A stretch of DNA of 64,000 nt from an uncultured Rickettsiaceae bacterium. GTDB lineage: Bacteria > Pseudomonadota > Alphaproteobacteria > Rickettsiales > Rickettsiaceae. The stretch lies in the NCBI GenBank assembly GCA_963934885.1, contig CAWWAI010000001.1, positions 13,269 through 77,268 on the forward strand, read 5' to 3'. Of the stretch, positions 51,319-61,781 are shown in pieces (the first letter of the stretch is position 1; each line of letters starts with the position of its first letter). The notes below the pieces were generated by a model that saw only the letters and a program-made list of their open reading frames with translations, had not been told where the DNA came from and did not search any database. Made by a program: the position numbers and the translations under genes.

Positions 51319-52935
51319 TTGTTATATTCAATGCAAGCGATAGTTCAATTTTTTAAGGAAATAAGCCCAGTTAGACTGGCTATTAGCGCTGTGACTATTA
51401 TTTCTTTTCTTATTTTGTTTACTATTTTTATGTCAAAACTTGGGGATAATGAATTTTCAGTTTTGTATACAGATTTAGATATTCAAGACAGTGCAAAAAT
51501 TGTAGAAGAATTAGATAATAAGAAGATATCTTATCGTGCTATGTTTGACGGTAGTACAATTAAGGTCAATAAAGCAGAAGTGGTAAGTGCTAGATTAGCC
51601 TTGGCACAAGTTGGTCTTCCAACAAGCGGTTCAGTGATTGGTTATGAAATATTTGATAAAGAAGATAGTATTGGTGCTACTAACTTTTCTCAGAATATAA
51701 AGCTGATTAGGGCTTTAGAAGGCGAACTAAGCCGTACTATCTCGGCATTTGAACAAGTAACTAAAGCACGTGTGCATTTAGTGATGCCTCAAAGAGAGAT
51801 TTTTTCTAAAGAAAAATTAGAGCCACGAGCCTCTGTAGTTTTAAAGTTTCGTGGTAGCAAGAAATTGGGGAAGTCAGAAATTGATTCTATTAGCCATTTA
51901 GTGGTAACTTCAGTTCCTGGTTTAGAGATGAAGAATGTTACCATAGTAGATACTAAAGGTAATGCTTTAAAAATAGGCTCTTCAGAAGAAGGAATAGAAT
52001 TTGCTAGTGATAAAAACGAAGAAGTTAGAATAGCAGCTGAAAATCGTTTAAAAAATATTATTGAAAGCTTACTTTCAAGAAGTATTGGATCAGGTAAAGT
52101 GAAGGCGCAAGTCGCATTGGAAATGAACTTTGACAGGACCGTAACTAACTCTGAAGTTTATGATCCAGATGGAGCAGTAGTTCGATCTTTACAATCAATG
52201 GATGAACGTGATCAAACCCCAGTTTCAAGTGCTGGTGGCATGGATGTATCTGTTGCTAATAATATTCCTGGTGGTGGTGATGGTGGTGATGGTTCTCTAA
52301 AATTTGCAATTTCAGAGAAAAATAACCAAACTACTAATTATGAAATCTCTAAAATAATTAAAAACCATATTTCTGAAAGCGGTATCGTTACTAAAATGTC
52401 TATTGGTATATTGGTCGATGGATATTATAAAACAGATAAAGAGAGTGGAGAGAGCGAATATATAGAAAGGTCACAAGAAGACTTGGATAAAATAGTGAAT
52501 TTGGTCAAAGTAGCTATTGGCTTTGATGAAGATCGCAATGATCGTATTGAAGTAATTAATATGAAATTCTCTTCTGAACTAGATATTATAGGGGATGATG
52601 ATTCGGATTGGCTAAAAGAAGAATTACCAAATTTATTTCAAACAATAATATTTGCAATTGTCGTATTGTTAGTATTGATTACCGTGATTAGACCTATTGC
52701 GCTAAAAGCATTTGAAGTTAGACAAACTGGCGAAGAAAATAATGAAGTACTAGAGATGGGCGCTGATGGGATGCCAATTACTTCTTCTATGGGTTCTATG
52801 GTTGATGTACAAACTGAAGACGAAGAATCTATAGAAAATAAAGTTGGTTCTATTTTCCGTATTAATAGGATTGCGGATTCTAGTCCACAAGATTTGGTGA
52901 ATGTATTAAAAAAATGGCTTAACGAGGAAATTTAA
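51319..52935 (+). CDS. fliF: Flagellar MS-ring protein FliF (likely start ATG 51331)
   Basis: ARLALAQVGLP, GYEIFDK, RALEGELSRTI and ARVHLVMP motifs; two TMs. Confidence 0.95.
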   Translation: MLYSMQAIVQFFKEISPVRLAISAVTIISFLILFTIFMSKLGDNEFSVLYTDLDIQDSAKIVEELDNKKISYRAMFDGSTIKVNKAEVVSARLALAQVGLPTSGSVIGYEIFDKEDSIGATNFSQNIKLIRALEGELSRTISAFEQVTKARVHLVMPQREIFSKEKLEPRASVVLKFRGSKKLGKSEIDSISHLVVTSVPGLEMKNVTIVDTKGNALKIGSSEEGIEFASDKNEEVRIAAENRLKNIIESLLSRSIGSGKVKAQVALEMNFDRTVTNSEVYDPDGAVVRSLQSMDERDQTPVSSAGGMDVSVANNIPGGGDGGDGSLKFAISEKNNQTTNYEISKIIKNHISESGIVTKMSIGILVDGYYKTDKESGESEYIERSQEDLDKIVNLVKVAIGFDEDRNDRIEVINMKFSSELDIIGDDDSDWLKEELPNLFQTIIFAIVVLLVLITVIRPIALKAFEVRQTGEENNEVLEMGADGMPITSSMGSMVDVQTEDEESIENKVGSIFRINRIADSSPQDLVNVLKKWLNEEI

Positions 52936-53954
52936 TGGGAATCTCTATTAAAGATATTGCAAAATTAACAGGGACACAGAAAGTGGCCATGGTTCTCCTT
53001 TCATTGTCTGATGATAATGCAACAAAAATATTCTCCTTGATGTCAGAAGATGAAATCACTGGTATTTCACACGCGATGTCACATTTAGGTTCTATTAGTC
53101 CAGAAGTTATAGATATTGTAATGAGCCAGTTATCATCTGACTTGACTGGTCATTCTATGTTTCTTGGAAACCTGCATAACACTGAACGTTTACTTGGTAA
53201 GATATTAGACAAAGATCGTGTATCTAGCCTTATGGAAGAAATCAGAGGTCCACAAGGACGAAATACTTGGGAAAAATTAGCCAATGTAAATGAGGAGCTA
53301 TTAGCTTTATATTTTAGAAATGAGCACCCACAAACAGCTGCTTTAGTATTATCAAAAATATCTCCAGATCATGCTGCTAAGGTATTAAGTAATTTGCCAG
53401 ATAGTTTTGCTTTTGAAATAATTTCAAGAATATTAAGTTTAGGTAGCGTCAAAAAAGAAGTGTTGGAAAGAGTTGAAAAGATATTAAGAGTTGAATTTAT
53501 TAGCAGTATAGGTAAAACTCATAAATATGACAGCTTTGAAATGCTTGCAGAAATATTTAATAATCTTGATCGTAATAGTGAAAGTAAATTTATGTCTATG
53601 CTTGAGTCAAATTTACCAGATGCAGCGTCTAAAATTAAGGATATGATGTTTACATTTGATGATCTAGTTAAAATTGATTCCAAAGGTATTCAGCGTTTAT
53701 TACGCGATGTTGAAAAATCACGCTTAACATTAGCATTAAAGGGAGCTTCAGAAGAAATTAAAAGAATATTATTCGCTAGTATGTCGCAAAGAGCTGCTAC
53801 GATTATAGAAGAAGATTTAATGGCTCTTGGGTCTGTAAGAGTAAAAGATGTTGATTCTGCAAGAGGTGACGTGGTTATGGTGGCCAAGCAGTTGATAGAA
53901 CAAGGTGAAATTGACGTTGTTCTAAATAGTGATGACGATGAATTTGTAAATTAA
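52935..53954 (+). CDS. fliG: Flagellar motor switch protein FliG
   Basis: LTGTQKVA, EHPQTAALVL, MFTFDDL and MSQRAA motifs. Confidence 0.95.
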   Translation: MGISIKDIAKLTGTQKVAMVLLSLSDDNATKIFSLMSEDEITGISHAMSHLGSISPEVIDIVMSQLSSDLTGHSMFLGNLHNTERLLGKILDKDRVSSLMEEIRGPQGRNTWEKLANVNEELLALYFRNEHPQTAALVLSKISPDHAAKVLSNLPDSFAFEIISRILSLGSVKKEVLERVEKILRVEFISSIGKTHKYDSFEMLAEIFNNLDRNSESKFMSMLESNLPDAASKIKDMMFTFDDLVKIDSKGIQRLLRDVEKSRLTLALKGASEEIKRILFASMSQRAATIIEEDLMALGSVRVKDVDSARGDVVMVAKQLIEQGEIDVVLNSDDDEFVN

Positions 53955-53962
53955 ACTGATAG

Positions 53963-54712
53963 GTGATTCTAGTGTCTGAACATAAAAAATTTGAATTAGA
54001 AGAATTGCCAAAGTCAGCAGTAGTAAATTCTAATGCTCACTCGCAAGACGAAGAAACAATGCAGCTTATTAACGAAGTAGTTACAGAACATATAAGCAAA
54101 ATTGTTGATGATGTAAATATAGGGGAGCCACTTGACGAAATAAAAAAAAATCTTAACAATGAATCTGTAGTTGCTAGTACTGATCCTATTATTGATGTTG
54201 AGCATATTAAGCTAGAATCATATAATAGAGGTTTAGAAGAGTCTAAATCTAAATATGAACCTATGTTAACAAAACTTAATGAAAATAATAATTTTTCTGA
54301 GTTGCTTCATCAAAAATTATTAAGTATAATTCCAGAAGAAAAAGTTGATTCTCAGATATCAAAAATTTCTGCAGAATCTATTGCTGGTATTGCTAAAAAA
54401 TTGCATCTGATTTTGCCATCTAATTTTGAAGAAATTATTAGAGTTGGTTTAATTGAAAAGTTAAAAAATTTCTATAAAGAAGGCAATATTACTATAACAA
54501 TTCATCCTAGAAGATATGATTTTTGTAAAGAAATTTTACAATCTGATACAATTTCTAGTAAATTTAAGGATAATTTTCAAATAGTAAAGGATGATAAAAT
54601 AGGTGAAGATGATTGCAGATTAGAATGGGCTGATACTAGGCTTGAATATAACCAAGAACAATTAACAGCTGAAATTGATAAAATAATTGAACAGCTAAAA
54701 AGTGCGACATAA
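53963..54712 (+). CDS. fliH: Flagellar assembly protein FliH-like
   Basis: ESYNRG repeat-like helix, ITIHP and DCRLEW motifs; position between fliG and fliN. Confidence 0.72.
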   Translation: MILVSEHKKFELEELPKSAVVNSNAHSQDEETMQLINEVVTEHISKIVDDVNIGEPLDEIKKNLNNESVVASTDPIIDVEHIKLESYNRGLEESKSKYEPMLTKLNENNNFSELLHQKLLSIIPEEKVDSQISKISAESIAGIAKKLHLILPSNFEEIIRVGLIEKLKNFYKEGNITITIHPRRYDFCKEILQSDTISSKFKDNFQIVKDDKIGEDDCRLEWADTRLEYNQEQLTAEIDKIIEQLKSAT

Positions 54713-54727
54713 ATATAGGATAAGATT

Positions 54728-55012
54728 ATGGCTAAAAAACAGGTTAATGAAGAAAATATAGAATTAACACTTGAAGCGTTATACGACGTACCTGTAAAAG
54801 TTTCAGTTGTTTTAGGTGGAACAACTATGCCACTTAGTAGTATTTTAAAGTTAGGTAAGGGCGCTGTTATTGAGCTAGAGCGTACAGTTGGCGAGCCTAT
54901 TGATGTTTATGTTAATAATAAAAAAGTAGCTAAAGGCGAAATTGTTATAGTTGATGATAAAATAGGTGTAACCTTGACGGAAGTTATAATCAACGAAAAA
55001 GATTTTAGATAA
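54728..55012 (+). CDS. fliN: Flagellar motor switch protein FliN
   Basis: YDVPVKVSVVLG, GAVIELER and GEIV...GVTLTE (SpoA domain). Confidence 0.93.
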   Translation: MAKKQVNEENIELTLEALYDVPVKVSVVLGGTTMPLSSILKLGKGAVIELERTVGEPIDVYVNNKKVAKGEIVIVDDKIGVTLTEVIINEKDFR

Positions 55013-55025
55013 TTATTATCAACAA

Positions 55026-55206
55026 GAGATTGTCGCGTCACCTTAAGGTTTCTCGCTAATAGAGGCGAGGAGTAAAAGGAAATACTCTTCGCCTACGAAG
55101 ACCCTAGACCCTCAAGCGTCGTCACTAATCCGGGGGCCCCTATAAGAAGCCGAATCATATATACCCCACGCGGCGCTGTCACTGCGAGCGTTAGCGCGGC
55201 AATCTA
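55026..55206. repeat. Composite of Rickettsia palindromic element (RPE)-like repeats with an internal hairpin
   Basis: GAGATTGTCGCG...CTCGC (55026-55056) and GTCACTGCGAGCG..CGCGGCAATCTA (55178-55206) are in opposite orientation. The internal stem is AGGCGAGGAGTA/TACTCTTCGCCT (55063-55094). The stretch is GC-rich and lies between convergent genes. Confidence 0.65.
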
Positions 55207-55302
55207 ATTACATTCATTGCCTATATGATTTATACTATCTTTCAATCATTTTTTTATCATACTGACATTCAATTATTAAACTAACTTAAATATTGATTCC
55301 AA

Positions 55303-57351
55303 CTACAAATCAAATATATTAGCGATGAATACTAGATCATCTGCAGCTTCTTTAAGGTAGTCAAATCTACCAGATGCTCCACTATGTCCGAAGCTCATGT
55401 TTGTTTTGTAGAGTATTATATTATCATCAAGTTTATAGTCTCGAATTTTAGCTACCCACTTAGCAGCTTCCCAATAGCCAACACGCGGATCAGATAGGCC
55501 CGCAGTTACAAATAAATGTGGGTAATGCTGAGCTGTAACATTATCGTATGGAGAATAAGATTTTATATAGTCAAAATATTCTTTGCTTTGAGGGTTTCCC
55601 CATTCCTTATATTCACCTGGTGTAAGAGGCAGGTCAGAATCTAGCATGGTGTTAAGTACATCAACAAATGGTACATGAGCAATAGCTGCTTTAAATAATT
55701 CTGGTCGTTGATTTATAACGTTGCCAATTAGCATTCCGCCAGCACTACCTCCCATAATCACTATATTGCCGGTTGAGGTATATTTTTTTTGTACTAGCGT
55801 ATCTGCAGCTGCAATAAAATCACTAAACGTACGCTTTTTGGTTAAGAATTTTGCCTCCTTGTACCAGTCATGTCCAAGATCATCACCACCTCTAATATGT
55901 GCAATTGCATAGACAAAACCACGATCCACTAGAGAAATTGCTGAATTACGAAAAGCTGGAGGCGTACCAATGCCATAAGAACCATAACCATATAGATATA
56001 AAGGGTTTGAGCCATCTTGTTTAAATAATGATTTTTTATAAAAAAGACTAATGGGTACTTGTACATTATCAGTTTCTGCAAAAATCCTTTCTACAGCATA
56101 ATCTTCTGAATTTAGACCAGTTGGAATTTCTTGAGTTTTTATTATCTTTAATTTGTTTGTACCAAACTCATAACTATAGACAGTACTTGGTCTTGCGAGA
56201 GAGGAGTAGTTTACTCTTATATCATCTTCAGTAAAGTTAGTTGAATAGATTCCAGCTATATAAGCGTTCTCTGGAAAATTAAGTGTTTTTTGAGTACCAT
56301 CTTTAATATTTTGAACTGTGGTTTCTGGTAAGCCGTTAACTTTATAGTTAAGTAGTAAATAATTTTGTGTAATGTCAAATCCGGATAAGTAGGCATCTTT
56401 TTTTTCAGCAATGTAAATATCCCATTTTGTACCTTCAGTATAACTAGAAGATTCAGCGCGTAGGATATGAAAATTTTTAGCACTATCATTAGTGCTTTTA
56501 TAAAAATATTTATCATTATGATCTACAGAGTATAAAATTTGTTCCTTACGCTTGTTTAGTAGTTTTGGTGTAAGGGATTGATCCTTCATTTCTATATAGT
56601 AGATTTCATTACTATCATGTCCATTAATATTGATGAATATGTACTCTTTGCTAGATGCTTTGGATGCGCTAACATTGTAAAGCAAATCTTGTTCATGCAA
56701 TATTAGACTATCTTCTTTAGAATTAGTCCCAAGTTTATGAAATTTAATTTTGTCATGACGCCATTTTTCATTTGTCGGAGAATAGAAGAAGCCAGGCATA
56801 GTTTCGTGCCAAACTAGGGCTCCGATTGTGTCGGTTATTTCATCTGATAAGAATTTTTTATTCTCTAAATCATAAACTTTTACGGTGTATTTTTCTCCAC
56901 CAGTAAAATCTACAGAATAGGCCATTAATTTATGGTCAGGACTGATTGAAAATGCTCCAAGTGAAGTAAATTCTTTGCCTATAGCTAATTTATTAATATC
57001 TAGGATTATTTCTTCTGGTGCATCTATTGCTCCTTGTTTGCGACAATATATTGTATAATTTTTATCAGCTTCAGTTCTAGTATAGTAATAAAAATCATCT
57101 TTTTTAGTATATGTAGATTGGTCAGACAGTTTGATACGTCCCTTTAACTCTTCAAAAAATTCTTGTTTTTTTTCTTCAAGAGGAGTGATATAGTCTTCAA
57201 AATATTTATTTTCTTTTTCTAAATAAGAAATAACCTCTTTATCAGTGACACTAGATGGCCATCCATCAGCCCTTAACCATGCGTAATCATCATAAATTTT
57301 TGTTCCATGTAGTTCAAATTCATGCGGTATTTTTTTAGCTATTGGTTTCAT
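55303..57351 (-). CDS. ptrB: Oligopeptidase B (S9A protease II)
   Basis: GGSAGG nucleophile motif, DPRVGYWE and GHSGASGR motifs. Confidence 0.95.
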   Translation of the reverse strand: MKPIAKKIPHEFELHGTKIYDDYAWLRADGWPSSVTDKEVISYLEKENKYFEDYITPLEEKKQEFFEELKGRIKLSDQSTYTKKDDFYYYTRTEADKNYTIYCRKQGAIDAPEEIILDINKLAIGKEFTSLGAFSISPDHKLMAYSVDFTGGEKYTVKVYDLENKKFLSDEITDTIGALVWHETMPGFFYSPTNEKWRHDKIKFHKLGTNSKEDSLILHEQDLLYNVSASKASSKEYIFININGHDSNEIYYIEMKDQSLTPKLLNKRKEQILYSVDHNDKYFYKSTNDSAKNFHILRAESSSYTEGTKWDIYIAEKKDAYLSGFDITQNYLLLNYKVNGLPETTVQNIKDGTQKTLNFPENAYIAGIYSTNFTEDDIRVNYSSLARPSTVYSYEFGTNKLKIIKTQEIPTGLNSEDYAVERIFAETDNVQVPISLFYKKSLFKQDGSNPLYLYGYGSYGIGTPPAFRNSAISLVDRGFVYAIAHIRGGDDLGHDWYKEAKFLTKKRTFSDFIAAADTLVQKKYTSTGNIVIMGGSAGGMLIGNVINQRPELFKAAIAHVPFVDVLNTMLDSDLPLTPGEYKEWGNPQSKEYFDYIKSYSPYDNVTAQHYPHLFVTAGLSDPRVGYWEAAKWVAKIRDYKLDDNIILYKTNMSFGHSGASGRFDYLKEAADDLVFIANIFDL

Positions 57352-57375
57352 ATAAACTCCTTAAGGGTATATTAT

Positions 57376-57828
57376 TTAATGATTCTTAATTTTACTGATA
57401 AATTTAGCGAAATCTTGTGCATTAGCAAAGTCTTTATAGACAGATGCAAATCTAATATAGGCCACTGGGTCAATTTTTGCTAATTTATGCATGATTAATT
57501 TGCCAATCATACGTGAATTTATTTCTGTAGTGGTCGAGCTTTCAAGTTCTACTACTATTTTATCTGTTAATTTCTCAATTTCTTCATCTGCAATATTTCT
57601 TTTACGCAGTGCTGTTGTAATAGATTTTAGTATTTTGATACGATCAAATGGACGTTTTACACCGGTTCTTTTAACAACAATTAACTCTCTTATTTGTATT
57701 CGTTCAAATGTTGTAAAGCGTCCTTTACAATCGCTGCAATGTCTACGTCGACGAATTACTTTACCTTCATTAGTATTTCTGGAATCTTTAACAGAAATAT
57801 TTGCTGATTGACAAAAAGGACATTTCAT
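57376..57828 (-). CDS. nrdR: Transcriptional repressor NrdR
   Basis: CPFC and RRRRHCSDC..RFTTFE motifs; ATP cone; VAYIRFASVY. Confidence 0.96.
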   Translation of the reverse strand: MKCPFCQSANISVKDSRNTNEGKVIRRRRHCSDCKGRFTTFERIQIRELIVVKRTGVKRPFDRIKILKSITTALRKRNIADEEIEKLTDKIVVELESSTTTEINSRMIGKLIMHKLAKIDPVAYIRFASVYKDFANAQDFAKFISKIKNH

Positions 57829-57833
57829 AAAAT

Positions 57834-59096
57834 TTAGCTATATATTGGAAATTTAGCATTTAAATCTAGCACTTGTGCAAATACTTCTTGCTCAATTTGT
57901 TTGTTTTCATCAGATTCTTTTAATCCATCAAGCACATCTGCAATTAAATTACCAACCATTTTAAATTCAGGAGCGCGGAATCCTCTACTAGTACATGCCG
58001 CAGTTCCAAGTCGTACACCGGAAGTTACAAATGGTGAGTTCTTATCAAAAGGTACGGTATTTTTGTTAGATGTGATGCCAGCATTATCTAGTGAGATAGA
58101 AGCTAATTTACCAGTGATATCTTGTTTGCGTAGGTCAAGTACAATAATATGGTTATCTGTGCCGCCAGTCAATATATCATATCCCCGTTCTTGTAGAGTC
58201 TTTCCTAGTATTTGAGCATTTATAATTACTTGCTTGATATATAATTTATAGTCAGCACTTAAAGCTTCTTTAAAGGCTACAGCTTTAGCAGCAATAACAT
58301 GCATTAGTGGTCCGCCTTGTAGACCTGGGAAAACTGCCTTATCAAGAAGTCTGCCTATCTCTTCATCATCAGACATAATAATGCCACCACGTGGACCCCT
58401 TAGTGTCTTATGCGTAGTTGAAGTAACAACGTGAGCATGTGGAAATGGGCTAGGGTGCTCGCCAGCAGCAATAATTCCTGATATGTGAGCGATATCTGCC
58501 ATTAAGTAAGCACCTACTTTGTCTGCAATAGATCTGAAACGCTCAAAATCTAGCTCTCTACTGTAAGCAGAGAATCCAGCTATAATAAGCTTTGGCTTGT
58601 GTTCTAGAGCTAAGCGTTCAACTTCATCATAGTTAATTAGATGCGTCTTAGGATCAACATTATAAAATATTGGATTAAACCATTTACCAGAAAGATTAGG
58701 AGCTGCGCCATGCGTTAAATGTCCACCACAATCCAGAGACATGCCTAATATAGTATCACCTGGTTTTATGAGTGCTAAGTAAGCGGCTTGATTTGCTTGT
58801 GAGCCAGAATGAGGTTGCACATTAGTATATGTACAATTAAATAGTTTTTTTAGACGTTCTTTAGCTAAATTTTCAGCCTTATCAACTTCATCACAACCAC
58901 AATAATATCTTTTCCCAGGATAGCCTTCTGCATATTTATTGGTCAGTAAAGATCCTTGAGCTTCCATTACAGCTTTGCTAGTAAAGTTTTCAGAAGCTAT
59001 AAGTTCAATATATTTTGACTGTCTATTCTGTTCTAAATTAATCACTTCTAAAATTTCGGTATCTGTGGTTGCTAATGTTTGATTTAATTTGTTCAT
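57834..59096 (-). CDS. glyA: Serine hydroxymethyltransferase
   Basis: [16 protein letters not shown] and [13 protein letters not shown] motifs. Confidence 0.98.
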   Translation of the reverse strand: MNKLNQTLATTDTEILEVINLEQNRQSKYIELIASENFTSKAVMEAQGSLLTNKYAEGYPGKRYYCGCDEVDKAENLAKERLKKLFNCTYTNVQPHSGSQANQAAYLALIKPGDTILGMSLDCGGHLTHGAAPNLSGKWFNPIFYNVDPKTHLINYDEVERLALEHKPKLIIAGFSAYSRELDFERFRSIADKVGAYLMADIAHISGIIAAGEHPSPFPHAHVVTSTTHKTLRGPRGGIIMSDDEEIGRLLDKAVFPGLQGGPLMHVIAAKAVAFKEALSADYKLYIKQVIINAQILGKTLQERGYDILTGGTDNHIIVLDLRKQDITGKLASISLDNAGITSNKNTVPFDKNSPFVTSGVRLGTAACTSRGFRAPEFKMVGNLIADVLDGLKESDENKQIEQEVFAQVLDLNAKFPIYS

Positions 59097-59112
59097 TTAT
59101 ACCTTATGGTTT

Positions 59113-59745
59113 TTATTTAGAGACAATGTTTTTTAAAAATTTTACTGCAAACTCCATTCCATTTGCATCAATAGAGTGTTTTAGGTTTGGTACTATAAGC
59201 AGTTGATGTTCAATGTTATTTTCTTTTAGATATTGTGAAGTGTTATTACTTTCTTTAGCAGGGACTACATCATCTTGCTTGCCATGAATAATACAAAATG
59301 GTGTGGCTTTATTTTCTAATTTAGGTGGAGGTAAAAGCATTCCCGAAAATCCAACCATAGCGGCAAATGGCTCTTCTTGGATTAAAGTTAGATAGATCCC
59401 CATCATTGTGCCTTGTGAAAAACCAAATAAAATTGTATCTGCATTAGTCAAACCAAGCTCTAATTGTTTTGTTTTGATTAGATCAAATGCCAAAGGAGCA
59501 TTATTAGCAACTAATTTGCTAATAATATCTGGTGTACGATCTTGCAAACTAAACCATTGTCGGCCGAAAGGCGCCATATCATATTTTTCTATTGCATGCG
59601 GGGAGAAAAAATGGCAATTAGGCAATGAATTTTGAATATAAGGAACTAAACTTATTAGGTCATTACCATCAGAGCCTAGACCATGTAGCATAACTACTAA
59701 TTTATCTGCTTTTTTGTTTAAAGGTTTTATTTCTGGATATTCCAT
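59113..59745 (-). CDS. Phospholipase/carboxylesterase (alpha/beta hydrolase)
   Basis: LHGLGS, GFSQG, HGKQDDVV and LKHSI motifs. Confidence 0.88.
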   Translation of the reverse strand: MEYPEIKPLNKKADKLVVMLHGLGSDGNDLISLVPYIQNSLPNCHFFSPHAIEKYDMAPFGRQWFSLQDRTPDIISKLVANNAPLAFDLIKTKQLELGLTNADTILFGFSQGTMMGIYLTLIQEEPFAAMVGFSGMLLPPPKLENKATPFCIIHGKQDDVVPAKESNNTSQYLKENNIEHQLLIVPNLKHSIDANGMEFAVKFLKNIVSK

Positions 59746-59757
59746 AAATTATATCTT

Positions 59758-60396
59758 CTATTTATTATAATATTCACAATATTTTGCAATAGGGCAATCT
59801 AAACATAAAGGTTTTCTAGCTTTGCATATATATCTTCCATGCAGAATGAGCCAATGATGCGCATGTTTCATCCATTTTTTTGGTATATTTTCAAGTAAAT
59901 CTTTTTCTACTTTTTCTGGTGTTTTACCAGCACTAAACCCAACTCTATGTGCAACTCTATATACATGAGTATCAACAGCTATAGTTAATTTACCAAAGGC
60001 ACAATTAAGTATTACATTTGCAGTTTTGCGCCCAATTCCTGGTAATTCAATAAGTTGTTCAAATTCTGATGGTATTTCTGAGTTATATTTATCAATCAAA
60101 ATAGAACAAAGTGCAATAATATTTTTTGCTTTTGAATTATAAAGACCAATAGTTTTGATATATGTTTTTAATCCATCTTCGCCTAAATTTAGTATTTTCT
60201 CTGGAGTATTATGGCTAATAAATAATTTTTCTGTAGCTTTATTAACAGAAATATCAGTAGCTTGCGCCGATAAAATTACAGCTATTGCCATAGTAAAGTT
60301 ATTATTATAGTTTAGCTCTGTTTTAGGGTGGGGTGCTTGGTTGCTAAAAATTTGAAAAATATGATCTATTTCCTTTTGCTGCATAAATTTCAACAC
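59758..60396 (-). CDS. nth: Endonuclease III
   Basis: LSAQATD, Hh[14 protein letters not shown] and C-x6-C-x2-C-x5-C motifs. Confidence 0.97.
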   Translation of the reverse strand: MLKFMQQKEIDHIFQIFSNQAPHPKTELNYNNNFTMAIAVILSAQATDISVNKATEKLFISHNTPEKILNLGEDGLKTYIKTIGLYNSKAKNIIALCSILIDKYNSEIPSEFEQLIELPGIGRKTANVILNCAFGKLTIAVDTHVYRVAHRVGFSAGKTPEKVEKDLLENIPKKWMKHAHHWLILHGRYICKARKPLCLDCPIAKYCEYYNK

Positions 60397-60501
60397 GCAT
60401 AACTTAAATTTACTAAATAATTTTATATGCTAACTCTAGTATTTTGTATATAATTAACTTGCAAGGTGATTAATAATAGCTAATATTAGTATATAAAATA
60501 G

Positions 60502-60843
60502 GTGAGTTCAATGAACGATAATAAAACATTTGACTTAATAAAAGAGCAAGTTTCTAAGAATCACATCGTATTATACATGAAAGGTACGACAGATTTTCCG
60601 AAATGCGGCTTTTCTGCAATGGTAGTGGGTATATTACAAACTTTAGGTTCAAAATTTAAGGATATCAATATATTAGAGAATAATGAACTTAGACAAGGAA
60701 TTAAGGATTATTCAGACTGGCCAACCATTCCGCAGCTTTACATTGCTGGTGAATTTATAGGTGGGTGTGATATCGTGCGTGAAATGTACGAAACTGGTGA
60801 ATTATCAACCTTGATAAAAAACGTTCATAGTCAAAAAGTTTAG
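60502..60843 (+). CDS. grxD: Monothiol glutaredoxin
   Basis: CGFS and WPTIPQLY..GEFIGG motifs. Confidence 0.95.
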   Translation: MSSMNDNKTFDLIKEQVSKNHIVLYMKGTTDFPKCGFSAMVVGILQTLGSKFKDINILENNELRQGIKDYSDWPTIPQLYIAGEFIGGCDIVREMYETGELSTLIKNVHSQKV

Positions 60844-61773
60844 ATGTCTAAAGAAGCAATTTTAATAAAAAATCTTGTTAAATATTATGGTAAAGAAGGC
60901 GAAGATGGTGCACATCTAGCTTTAGATAATTTGGATTTTTTAGTACCACGTGGTTCGATTTTTGGATTACTTGGACCTAATGGCGCGGGTAAGTCTACGC
61001 TGATCAACATATTAGCAGGAACTGTTGTTAAGAGCGCTGGAGAAGTAAGCATCATGGGTGTTAATATTGATGAATTTCCAAAAAAAGCTAGGTCTCTTAT
61101 TGGTATAGTCCCACAAGAGGTAACACTCGATACTTTTTTTCCTTTAGAGCAAGCATTAGAACTAACCGCTGGATATTTTGGTATTAAGGCGTCTTTGCGA
61201 AAGACGGAAGAAATTTTAAAAGCACTTAGTTTGTGGGATAAAAAGCATGTTTTGCCACGAAAACTTTCGGGCGGAATGAAGCGTAGGTTTTTAATTGCCA
61301 AAGCTATGGTGCATTCGCCAAAAGTTTTGATCTTAGATGAGCCTACTGCTGGTGTTGATATTGATCTACGTACGCAGCTTTGGGAGTACGTAAAAGAATT
61401 AAACAAGCAGGGCGTTACTATCATCATTACTACGCACTATTTAGCAGAGGCTCAAGAGTTATGCGATGAAATAGCTTTTATCAATTATGGTAAAATTATC
61501 AAGCAAGATTCAAAGAAAAATCTTTTAACAGAATTAGGGACTAGGCATATTGATGTTGAGTTTTATAATCCTATAAAACTCAATGAGTTAAAAATATCAT
61601 CAAAAATACAGTTAAAAGCATTGTCAGATAATGTGCTACGTTTTGAGTTTAATGTTGGAGAAAATAATTATTCAACTTTACTTAAGGATATTAGTGCTAT
61701 AGATCAAGAAATAAAAGACTTACACGCTTCACAACCTGATCTAGAAAAAATATTTCGTCAAATTATAAAATAA
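60844..61773 (+). CDS. ABC transporter ATP-binding protein (ABC-2 type)
   Basis: GPNGAGKS, LSGGMKRR, LDEPTAG and TTHYL motifs. Confidence 0.9.
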   Translation: MSKEAILIKNLVKYYGKEGEDGAHLALDNLDFLVPRGSIFGLLGPNGAGKSTLINILAGTVVKSAGEVSIMGVNIDEFPKKARSLIGIVPQEVTLDTFFPLEQALELTAGYFGIKASLRKTEEILKALSLWDKKHVLPRKLSGGMKRRFLIAKAMVHSPKVLILDEPTAGVDIDLRTQLWEYVKELNKQGVTIIITTHYLAEAQELCDEIAFINYGKIIKQDSKKNLLTELGTRHIDVEFYNPIKLNELKISSKIQLKALSDNVLRFEFNVGENNYSTLLKDISAIDQEIKDLHASQPDLEKIFRQIIK

Positions 61774-61781
61774 TAATTTTC

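Noticed and set aside
51281-51330. CtrA box upstream of fliF
   Set aside because: TTAA half-sites at 51285 and 51304 have no partner at N7.
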